IMG/VR virus record: IMGVR_UViG_3300005663_000045
Coordinates: 4,632-68,631 of that record
Strand: one strand, 5' to 3'
DNA length: 64,000 nucleotides
Origin: a virus
Below the pieces are notes generated by a model, which saw only the letters and a program-made list of their open reading frames with translations, searched no databases and had not been told where the DNA came from. A program made the position numbers and the translations under genes. Shown piece after piece: positions 9,600 through 19,500 of this stretch. Within the stretch, counting starts at the first letter, position 1; the number at the start of each line of letters is the position of its first letter.

Positions 9600-9692
9600 T
9601 TAGGAAAGTAGCTCTAGGACCAGAGCTACAAGTTGCGCGGCTTCTTTGAGAAGCAGCACAATCTTCCTAATGGGTTCAAGAAGCGAACCCAT
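9600..9692 (-). CDS. 30-aa hydrophobic peptide MGSLLEPIRKIVLLLKEAAQLVALVLELLS, type I toxin-like
   Basis: AAGGAG RBS, ATG inside a 10-bp hairpin, long structured 5' UTR, downstream GC hairpin plus T-run; not in the ORF track. Confidence 0.6.
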   Translation of the reverse strand: MGSLLEPIRKIVLLLKEAAQLVALVLELLS

Positions 9693-9830
9693 TATTTCTC
9701 CTTGTCTCCCGGGCGTGTTTTGAGGCCTGGGCCCGGGGGCCAGGCGTTGTCCCGGTGGGGCCGCTAGCAAAAAACACTGGCGGCCTCAATATCGGGGTGT
9801 CTGACCAAAGGAGCGTTGGGGGCAAAGGTT

Positions 9831-9858
9831 ATTGTCGTAATTCTTCGGCGCTTGTCAA
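9831..9858 (-). promoter_or_regulatory. Sigma70-type promoter, moron 3
   Basis: TTGACA-16-GACAAT with the same CGCCGA spacer motif and upstream T-tract. Confidence 0.65.
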
Positions 9859-9870
9859 GAAAAAAACACC

Positions 9871-10009
9871 GGGGCAACTTATTGGGGCGTGGCGCAAAGC
9901 AGCAACCAAGAAGCGACTTTGACGACTGATTCTGACGAGCTCTCGATAAGCCCGCTTGGTTCCGTGCGGTCCTTACGGATACCACCGCCGCGCCCCAGTA
10001 TATTGCTCT
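9871..10009 (+). ncRNA. Putative structured RNA (three-way junction) upstream of 10074; strand uncertain
   Basis: TGGGGCGTGGCG/CGCCGCGCCCCA closing stem, AACCAAG/CTTGGTT and TCCGT/ACGGA arms. Confidence 0.4.
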
Positions 10010-10073
10010 AATCCACAGAAGACACCAAACAGCCGGGGAAATCAACCCAATTGCTTTTACGTGAGGAATTATC

Positions 10074-10913
10074 ATGGCTGCAGACGATGTGACCGTCTGG
10101 AATGGCGACGGTAACGACAATGCTTTCGCTACCGCCGCGAACTGGGAAGGCGATGCAATCCCGCAGAGTACAGGCGGGTCGATCTTCCCCGCGCTGGCGC
10201 AGGCTACGGCTGTCGATGTTGCGGGTTCGGATCAGAGTGCAATCGAACTCGTTGACACGATGATTGAGCCCGGTTGCGCGCTGAACTTCGGCTCACGACC
10301 AACCCCCTTATGGCTTGACACCGACAACTTCATAGACAGCGGAACTGGCAAGAAGTTCCTCAAGTTTGACGCCTGCGCTTCGATGCGACTACTCAGCGGC
10401 GCTGCGTCGGCTGCAGGGTACAGTTACGGCACCAATATCACAAGCGTTGCCGCCATTACCCTATTGACCTGCAACGTCGGCAAGAGTCACACGGTTGGGA
10501 TAGCCGCACACGAAGACGAAGTGGCGACGGTTACGACCATGAGCTTGCTCCAGGGGATAGTGACTATCGGCAACGCGGTTGCTTCAGTGGGAACCATGTA
10601 CGTTGACGGGGCTACCGTGAGTAACAACAGCGCGTGTACCACCTTGAATGTTAGTAGCGGGGCGATTTACCAAAGGCAAGGCACGGCCGCCACGGTGAAT
10701 CTCAAGGGCGGGAGACTGTACCTGAACATGCCTGCCGCGAACATGCCCACCACGGTAAATCTCTACGGTGGGATTCTTGACATGAGTCAGGACGGTATCG
10801 CCAAGACAGTCGGGACACTCAATTACTATGGCGGCCAGATATACGACCCGGCCAACATCCTCACTATCACCACACTGAACCGCTTCAAGGGCGGCACGAT
10901 AAGCGTGGCGTAA
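10074..10913 (+). CDS. Virion protein with beta-helix/adhesin-like repeats
   Basis: WNGDGNDNAFATAANW start and repeated TVNL.GG.L beta strands; GAGG RBS. Confidence 0.6.
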   Translation: MAADDVTVWNGDGNDNAFATAANWEGDAIPQSTGGSIFPALAQATAVDVAGSDQSAIELVDTMIEPGCALNFGSRPTPLWLDTDNFIDSGTGKKFLKFDACASMRLLSGAASAAGYSYGTNITSVAAITLLTCNVGKSHTVGIAAHEDEVATVTTMSLLQGIVTIGNAVASVGTMYVDGATVSNNSACTTLNVSSGAIYQRQGTAATVNLKGGRLYLNMPAANMPTTVNLYGGILDMSQDGIAKTVGTLNYYGGQIYDPANILTITTLNRFKGGTISVA

Positions 10914-10924
10914 AGGGGTCTTAG

Positions 10925-13537
10925 ATGCCTTTTGGAATAACTTACAGAACCCCCAAGGGACGCCGCTGGGATCAGAGGCTAGGGCGGATGGTTGGTCCTG
11001 CGCCGGAAGAGGAGTTTGTAACCGGACCGTTTAAGGGGACATTCGGGATCGTACCGCGAAAGCGCAAGGCGGCTGCCTTGATGGGGCAGAACGTCGAGGA
11101 AGTCGTTACACCCCCGGGCATGGGTCCGAGCGGGGAGACGCCCGTATCGCCTGCGCCGCCTCCGGTATCCGCACCCTCTGAGACAGGAAGAGGTGGGGTT
11201 GGGTTGCCGGTTGCGCCTGCGAGTTCACCTGTGGTTGCCCCCTTGGGCGCGCCGGGGTCAACCTACCCTGTCCCGCCCGACGATGGTGTGCGCCCGGGAG
11301 AGAGCTATCCGAATATGCCCCCTACCGAAAGGCCGGAGCTATATTCAGGAGTCAACCCACCCGGGATTCCCGAGCCTTACTCGGGAATCCGTCCACCCGG
11401 GACATCCCCGGCGTTAGCGGCTGCTGCCGCGCCCACTACCCCAGCAGGGCAAACAGACTACGCCCCCGAGGACATTGCAGGCTTGAACGAAGCTGCGCTT
11501 GCCACGAAGAACCCAGAGGAACAGCAAGCCGTCACAGAGTTCATGGAGGATAAAGGGCTTCCTGTTCCGCTCAGGCTTCAGCTTGAGAAGTTCAAATACG
11601 AACGTGCTCAGAAACGAGCCGAATGGGAAAAGGGCGGATGGTCTCCGCTGCCCGAAACCAAGGCGGGTAAAAAGGCCGACAGCGCCCTGCGGTTCCACAG
11701 GGGTGAGGAAATCCAAGGCCCCCCAAAACTTTATCCCGCTGACGAACTAGCGCAGTTGGAGTTCCTGAACGACGAATCCGACGCGATGCTGAAGTGGAAC
11801 TACGATGCGGATCAGGCATACGACTACGCATTCAAGCGCTACCAAGTTCGCTACCCTGACCGGCCCGGGCCGAGGGAGTTCATGGGCGGAGCACCAGAAT
11901 TCAGGGAAGACCGAGATCTTCCTGTTATTGGTGGCGGGCCGGGATTATCCAACGAAGAGGGTTCACGGAGACGCCGCGAGCAGATTTCAAGGCAAACGGG
12001 AATTCCTGTCAAAGAGTTGGAGAAGCGTCAGCGAACAAACGATATTGCTACCCAAGAACGCCGTCGGGACAACCTGAACAACATAGACCAAATCGGCAGA
12101 GGGCGGTCGTGGGAACCTAATTTCTATACAAGTCCCGGCCCAACTGTACCCGGAGCCATAAGAAAAGGCCCAAGCGGTGAGGACATCCCCGCAGAGGCAT
12201 TCCCGAAACTCCAAAAGGAGGTCGCGCCGCTACTGAAGAAGAGAAGCGACCTCATGGGCAAGCTGAAGGATGAGACGCTAACTCCGGGCGAGAAGAAGCT
12301 GGTTGAATACGAAATCGACATTCTTAGCAGGGAGATTACGAAGACTGGGCAGAAGTACGCCGACCGTCCCGGGGAAGATCCGGTAGTTTCTGCTGTTCGC
12401 CAGGTCGCCCCCGGCACGAAGACGGGGGATTTGATGGGCGGGCAGAAGACGTTGCGGGACAAGGCTCAGGCGAGAAAGGGAGCTGGACTGACGAAGGTTC
12501 GCAGTCGCAAGCCGCTTGATGTGCGCGGACTGAAAGAAACTAAGTCCGCGATCGAGGCCGTGAAGGGCGCTGCCAGTGTTCCAGGACAAGGGCAGGCTGC
12601 TCTTGATATGGCCGAACAGATTTACTACAACGCGCGCGGGGCGAACAACTACCACCAGATTCCCGAACTGGCGGAGATGGCCGCGCTCGTAAAGATGCAG
12701 CGCAACTCAGGTGTATCCACGCAAGACGCTGTTCGTGCTGCCGCCTACATGGTCTTCGGCAAGGACATGGCGGAGATGGCTGTGAAGCGACAAGCACGGC
12801 TTGCTGGCGAGAAGAAAAAGGCTGTTGCAGCAGAGGCCAAGACTAACAACGAGATTATGGAAGGCCTCATTAAGAGCACGGCAAAACTCCCGGAAGAAGA
12901 GGCCGGAAAGTTTATTGACAAGTTGCTCGACACATACGGGAATGATCCGCGGTTCGCAAACACCCCGGCGATGCGGAAGTTGAAGATCATGCAAGAGGTC
13001 GGTGCGCCCCTTGGAAAGCAACCCAAGGAAGAAAAGAAGGGCAAACCTGTACGCACAACAGGGCAGATGAACAACCGTGCCGAAGCTTTCGTTTATGGCG
13101 GGGATCCCAGAGAAGACAAATCAAAAAAGGACGAAATCGCCCGCGACGAGCAGGGTAACACCCTTTATCAGGGTGAAGCAACGCCCTACGACTACAAGAC
13201 GACCACGCCTGCCCAACGACGTAATGAGCTTCGTCGCCGTTACAAGAAATTCGTTCGTCAGCATCTCAAGGTGGGGTTCTCTCAGGACCAGATAGATCGC
13301 ACTTGGTCCTTCTGGATTCACCACGACGACAACCCACAGATTATCAAGGATTGGGATGTTGCCAGGCCGAGGGGGTTCCCTGAGTTTGGGGAAGCCGTGT
13401 CTACGGGATCGCCTGTTGCAACTACGTCCTCTCGGCAGCTTGATCCGCAACGGACTACCGCCGATGCGCCCACGGCGACTGGGCCAAATGGCGAGAAAGT
13501 TGTTTTGGTTAATGGTCAGTGGGTGCCGTTGCAATGA
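10925..13537 (+). CDS. Internal virion/DNA-ejection-type protein, Pro-rich N-terminus
   Basis: 870 aa, low complexity/helical, C-terminal TATGPNGEKVVLVNGQWVP motif, position before giant virion protein. Confidence 0.55.
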   Translation: MPFGITYRTPKGRRWDQRLGRMVGPAPEEEFVTGPFKGTFGIVPRKRKAAALMGQNVEEVVTPPGMGPSGETPVSPAPPPVSAPSETGRGGVGLPVAPASSPVVAPLGAPGSTYPVPPDDGVRPGESYPNMPPTERPELYSGVNPPGIPEPYSGIRPPGTSPALAAAAAPTTPAGQTDYAPEDIAGLNEAALATKNPEEQQAVTEFMEDKGLPVPLRLQLEKFKYERAQKRAEWEKGGWSPLPETKAGKKADSALRFHRGEEIQGPPKLYPADELAQLEFLNDESDAMLKWNYDADQAYDYAFKRYQVRYPDRPGPREFMGGAPEFREDRDLPVIGGGPGLSNEEGSRRRREQISRQTGIPVKELEKRQRTNDIATQERRRDNLNNIDQIGRGRSWEPNFYTSPGPTVPGAIRKGPSGEDIPAEAFPKLQKEVAPLLKKRSDLMGKLKDETLTPGEKKLVEYEIDILSREITKTGQKYADRPGEDPVVSAVRQVAPGTKTGDLMGGQKTLRDKAQARKGAGLTKVRSRKPLDVRGLKETKSAIEAVKGAASVPGQGQAALDMAEQIYYNARGANNYHQIPELAEMAALVKMQRNSGVSTQDAVRAAAYMVFGKDMAEMAVKRQARLAGEKKKAVAAEAKTNNEIMEGLIKSTAKLPEEEAGKFIDKLLDTYGNDPRFANTPAMRKLKIMQEVGAPLGKQPKEEKKGKPVRTTGQMNNRAEAFVYGGDPREDKSKKDEIARDEQGNTLYQGEATPYDYKTTTPAQRRNELRRRYKKFVRQHLKVGFSQDQIDRTWSFWIHHDDNPQIIKDWDVARPRGFPEFGEAVSTGSPVATTSSRQLDPQRTTADAPTATGPNGEKVVLVNGQWVPLQ

Positions 13538-16500
13538 CTAGGGCGATCACAAAGCTAGATGAACTGCCTGAGCTTCCACCGGGGTTCACTTTAGATGAGC
13601 CCATGCCGCCATTGCCGGAAGGCTTCACGCTGGATACGCAGCCCGCCTTGGCACAACGCATGGCGCAGAACCTTGGGATTACTCCGGGGGAGAAGCCCAC
13701 TTTCCCACAACCTACAACGCCGCAGACTTTGGGGCAGGCAACTGGCGGGGCTTTGGTGCATGGGGCGGCTGGAACGGCTGCGGGACTACTGAGAACGGGC
13801 GAGCGGGAAGAAAGGGCGCAAATCAAAGTTCGTCTCGCTCGCGGTATACGAGTTGCCAACTGGCTCCATGGCAAATCGCCAGAAGAAACCGAACAGCAAA
13901 TCCAAGAAGCGCACGCTCAGTTAGATCGTCCGACAATCTTGAGTCAAACAGCCGGGCAAATTGAACAATGGAGGGACGAGCATCCTGAATGGGCACCAGA
14001 GCAAGTTGACAATGCCCTGCAATTGATTACTAATCCAAAAGCCCTAGCTGGGAATCTTTCTGCGATGATTCCTTATATGGCTGCGACGACGGCCGCTTTT
14101 CTTACCGCTGGCCCCGCTGCTGCTGGCCTTGTTGCTTATGGGGTGGAAAGCGACAGTGCTTACCAAGAGGCTATCGCTGGCGGCGCGACAGAAGAACAGG
14201 CACAAACTGCTGCAAGAATTACAGGAACCATCAACGCCGTCATAGAACTCGCACAAGTGGGGCGATGGTTGAAATTCGGCAAACGTGGTGGCAGGGCGCT
14301 CTTCGCGCGCGAAATAACCCGTAGGGCAAAAGCGAAGATGTTGACTGGTATGGCAGCCAAGCTTGCAATTGAAGAGGGACTGGAAGAGGTCGCGCAAGGT
14401 ACAACTGAAGATTTGGTTGCCTTGGGTGTATACGACCGACCTGTACAGGATTTCTGGAAGAACCGCTCCGTGGAACTTGTTTTGGGTTCGGTTGGCGGTT
14501 TGTTTATGGGCGGCGCTTCTTTGGCGGCACAGGCTGCAATAGCGCAAACTCGCGAGGTTGTCCCGACTGTTGAACCTACGCCTATTGCCCCAACTCCCGA
14601 ACCCATCCCTGTAGAGCCGCCCCCTGCACAACCTGCTGCACCCGCTCCCCCTGTACAGCCTGCCCCAAGTGAAGCGGTAGCACCAACTAAGCCCGCCCCC
14701 GCTGCGCCAAGCGTACAAAGCGTACGTTCTGTACAGAAAGCAAAGCCTACTGGTGATATATCCGCCGAAAGAGCGCAAAAGCCCGAAGCTGCGGTGACTC
14801 CTACGCCGGAAGTGCCCCCAGCGGTCCCTGAGAAGCCTGTTGCGCCCAAAAAGGCACCAGTTAAGGAAGCCGCCAAACCCCCCACAGAAGCCCCTGTAGT
14901 AGAGGGGAAGCAACCGTGGGAGATGACGGATTCTGAAATCAAGGCTCGGCGTGATGAAGGATATGCTTCGTTCCTCGATTTTGCCAAAGACGGAAAGGAT
15001 ATCCTACGAGACCATAAGAAATACGGACGTATTGGGGTCGAAAGAAAGTGGGCAGTTGAGTCGGCCGTTCGCAAAGGCAAGCCCGTCCCCGCCAAAGTCC
15101 TCAAGGAATACGCAGGCGAGAAGTGGGCGGACGAAGCGCTGGCAAACCTAGGGGGTAAACCTACGGGGTTAAGCCCCATAGGTAAGGCGCAACGTAGGGG
15201 GTTGCCGCAAGAAGCCCCTGTAGTAGAGGGGAAAGTGTTGGCTATACCATCTGTCTTACAAAAGGTCAGCAAGGGCCGTGTAGCCAAAGCATTTATTAAA
15301 GCTGTTGATGATATGAGTGCTGCTGCTCGTGCTAGTGGGACTAGTAAGGGTGTCGCAAAAGCTGACCTCGATTTCATGCAAGAGGCTATAGAGAAGATGC
15401 GGGCAGTAGCATTAGGTCGCTTGAATCTTCCTCCGGGTGAGAAAACAGCAGACGTTAATCGGTTTTTCAACACTCTACACGCGAGATTACTTGAGAGGAT
15501 GCCCTCACGTAAGACCAAGGCCGGGCCTGTGTTGATTATTGATGAGGATCGGGGTAGCTTAATCTCCGAGAGGGTATCTGATGTTTTAGATACCTTCGAT
15601 CAGGCCATACGTGAATCTGCTCCTTTAACATTTCCTAATGTGAGGGCGGTCACAGAAGATATAGCAACCGAAGAAGAGGACATCAGCAGGATTGTTGTTC
15701 AGTTCGAGGGCAAATTGGCGTTTAGCGATTTTGTCGCCCTTGTAGAACAGCATTTTCCGAATGCGAGAGGTCTTTCGACGGGGAATCTTGTCGGCAATAG
15801 AAGACCGATTAAGTTCAAATCTGAGACTGCCAAGCCTGGTGGCGCTACCTTTCAACTTAGCGGAGTGTCACCTGACGAGTTCCTAGCCATCGCAAGGAAG
15901 CCTATTCCCAGCCTCCCAGAAGCCCCTGTAGTAGAGGGGAAGGTTGATACCGCACTCACTAGGAAGCGCGAACAACTCGCCGCAGCTATCGAGAAAATAG
16001 AGAAACTACAGGAGGGATATCGCAAGACTGACGATCCAGGTACCGCCGTAACCGGACGTAGCGGAATATCACGGGTGCGAACAAAGCGTATTGCCCAACA
16101 GCGAGACAGGACGATTGACCTTGCCGTTAGGTCGGTAAAGCTAAGAGAGGATTTAGAACGGGTCGAGGCCCAGATTAAAGCACAACGAGGTGCGCCAAAG
16201 AGGGAGGCCGCAGAACGCGGAGCAACCGACCGACTCACTGAGCAATTCGACACGATAGAAGTTGGGGACCTTATAGATGTAGGCGGCAATACGCCTCTCC
16301 GTGTTATCAAGAAGAACCGTAAGACAGTGATCACAGATGGCGGAAGCAAGTGGGGACCCCGCGAGATTGTCGGGGTTACCAAAAAGGAAGTGCCTGTAGC
16401 AGAGCCGAAGCCTGTACCCCCAAAGCGCACGATTGTACCCAAAAAGCGCACACTCAAGGAAGCCGTTGCCGAGAAGAAGGCTGCCAAGAAACCCAACATC

Positions 16501-19500
16501 CTCCAACTCCGCAAGCAGGCGAAGGAACGTGGGGTAGACGTATCTGACATTAAGGGCCCAGGTGCGGCGGTGAGGATACAGGAGAGGGTAGCAAAGCCCC
16601 CTGTGGAGCGTATTACGGACGCCGACCACAAGAAGGCACTCAAGACACTAGAGGACACAAGGCTTCTCGGTGGGACCCCGCTAAGCGCAGAACAAAAGAA
16701 GGCTGCTGGCGTTGTTGGCTTATACCACTACGAGCAAGGCTTGCGCAAATTCGGCGAATGGAAGGCGGCAATCAAAAAGGATGTTGGCGAGGAAGTCACC
16801 TTGCATCTGCCGACGATCTGGAAGCATATCAAGCCTGGGCGCGTTCGTCTCGCCGCAATCGAGAAGGCCGCAAAACAGGCCGCTAGGATCCCCCCGAGCA
16901 AAATCAAGCGCGGTGTCCGCGAGATAATTAAGCCTGCCGAGGAAGAGGTTCGCATGACCCCACGGCAACTGTTGGTCTTCGCCCTGAAGCACGAGGCCAA
17001 GGCTGCCCGAAAAGGATTCCGTGCCGGGCAACTTGACATGGCTGCACAGGGGGCAGATGTCGCCAAGTTTGCGACCGAGCATCTTCCTGTTTCCGAAAGA
17101 GGCAAAGTCCTCAAGACGATTGCCAAAGCGCGAACCCCTGCGGAATGGCGGGCGGTGGTTCGGGCGGTTAATCGGATTATCGAAAATTACGACCGGGCGG
17201 AGGCTTTCCGGGAATTCAAGGAAGCACAAAGCAAAATCGACCGTCGACACATGGAGCCAGTAACCAAAGCAAAGGTTGACGCTCTGCTCGATAGTTTCGC
17301 CGTATCTCAGCCCGCAGAAAGAACTCTCCGTCGTGCGCGTTCGCTTATAGACGCATACGGCCGAGACGAGTTGGGCGAAATTCCCCAACAGCTTGTTGGG
17401 CGCGCGGAATCTGCCTTAGAACGCGCCGGGAAGGTCCCGCTAAGAAAACTTACGCCGGACGCTATTCGTGAAGTGGCGACAGCGATCAACACCCTTGTCC
17501 ATCTTAACGCGACAAAGAATCGAATGCGATTCTCTAAGAAATACAAAGATGCGAACAAGGCTGTTGCCGAGGCTTCGCAAAATGTTCTTGATCGGCATCA
17601 TCCCAAACACCAAACAGAAATCGGGAAGTTTGAAGAAAAGCGTCTCCAGCGATGGGTTGTCCAGGCCGCAACATGGCACCAACTGAGCCCAGACACCAAG
17701 TCTTTCATTCTTGGCGGGGAAGACAGTGCCGTCTATGACTTGCTGTTTGAGGGCCCCCGCGAAGGCCAGGAAATTGCCTTGGGCCTTACGCAACAAATGA
17801 AGGACTATAGCGATGAGGCATATAGCAAAGCGGGGATAACCTCTGGCGACATTGACAAGATGAGTGCGGAAGTCGGGGGCAAGGACTTTGATATTGTCAA
17901 GGTCACCCTTCCAACAGCCACCAGCGAAACAGGTGCTCGTGTTGAATCTATCGAGATGACTAAGGGGGAACGCGCAAGATTTCTTTGGACTGTCAAAGAT
18001 CCGCAAAACCGGGCTGAACTACTGCGAGACAAACAGAAAGGCATAACATTCAGGCGCACGCCTGGGCAAAACCCCGTGAAGCTTCGCGCCAAAGATATAG
18101 TGGCAATTGAAAACTCCGCAACGAAGGAAGAGCGAGCAGTTGTTGACATTGCTCACGATATTGTCAACAAGGACGAACTTCTCCGCGGGCCATTGAATGA
18201 GGCATGGCGTTCCGAGTTTGGTTTCGATATCGCCCAAAGAGACAACTATTCCCCCCGCCGCCGCGACCCCGAATTTCGCAAAGCCAAGGCCGACCCGAAC
18301 AAGATCATGCAGGAATGGTTTAATCGGCAACTTGAGCAACAAGGGATTTTCAAGACCCGTGCCGTTTCCAACGACCCCTTTATCATCGGCGATATCTTTG
18401 TTGACCTGCCTGCTCATATCGCTCGCGTAGCTTCATTTGTTGGCAAGGGTGGGCCGACTCATGATGCCGCGCGGCTACTTCAAGACCAGGGATTCCGCAA
18501 GGCCGTCCGTTCGACGTTCAAGCATGGCGACGCATTGTTGCTTGATATCGAGAAAACCCTGAAGGATTATCGTGGGCTTAATGCGTCAGAAGTAGGAATC
18601 GTAGCGCGTATAGTCAAGGGAGCTATCCGCCGGTCGCATATCGGAGCGCTAGGACTGAAGCTGCAGATTGTCTTGTACCAGACGGTCAGTTACCTGAACG
18701 CGACTAACGAAATTGACGCACGGATTCTGTTCTCTCCCAAGACAACAAAGCTGGCGTTCAGTAAGGGGTTCATGCCGAAGATGCGGGAGGTTTCACCGAC
18801 ACTCCGTGCACGCCATGAAGCATCGGCGCATGAGATCCTTACCCCCGGCGCTTCTGGCAGTATGGCCAGTCAGTTTTGGGGAATTACAGAAGAGGGCGTC
18901 TTGGGTCGCGCAGGAATGAAGCCTATTCATGCTGCGGATTCCCTTGTGATGCGCGTCATCAGTGCGGGAGCCTACCGCGAAGGTGAAGCCAAGGGTCTTT
19001 CCGGGGATGCGTTGTGGGAACATGCTGCAAAGCGAGCAAGGCAAATCATCGACCGCACCCAACCTACATGGGGGCTTCTAACCACTTCCAGCATTCACCG
19101 CGAGGCTCGGCATAATGTGTTCGTGAAGCTGGCGGCCACGATGTTTTCGTCACAGCGGAACAAGAACCTCAACATGGCGGCTCGGGCAACAAGCGAATAT
19201 CGACATAGCAAGAAAACCGCCGTGGATCAGGCGAAAGCCGCAAGGAAAATCCTCGTTCCAACCTTGGTTAACGCAGTGATGATCGCTGCAATAGCGAAGG
19301 GTTATTCGTGGCTGACGGGCAAGTTGTTCGCTAAATTATTCGGCACGGAAGAAGACGAAAAAGGCTGGGGCAATTACGCGCTTCTGGTTTCACAGCGGTT
19401 GTTCGGTAGCTGGCTTGCCTTTGGTGATATTGCCTCAGAGATTGTACGGGCGGCGGTGGCCGGGCTACTTGACATTCCAGAAATATTTATTGAGCACCGA

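Noticed and set aside
14886-15941. CRISPR mini-array from the 24-bp palindromic repeat
   Set aside because: Spacers are 300 and 684 bp and in frame within a gene; no cas genes
14044-18417. Long minus-strand ORFs (e.g. 14160..15518, 15852..16658)
   Set aside because: Antisense shadows of the giant virion gene; no RBS or recognisable motifs
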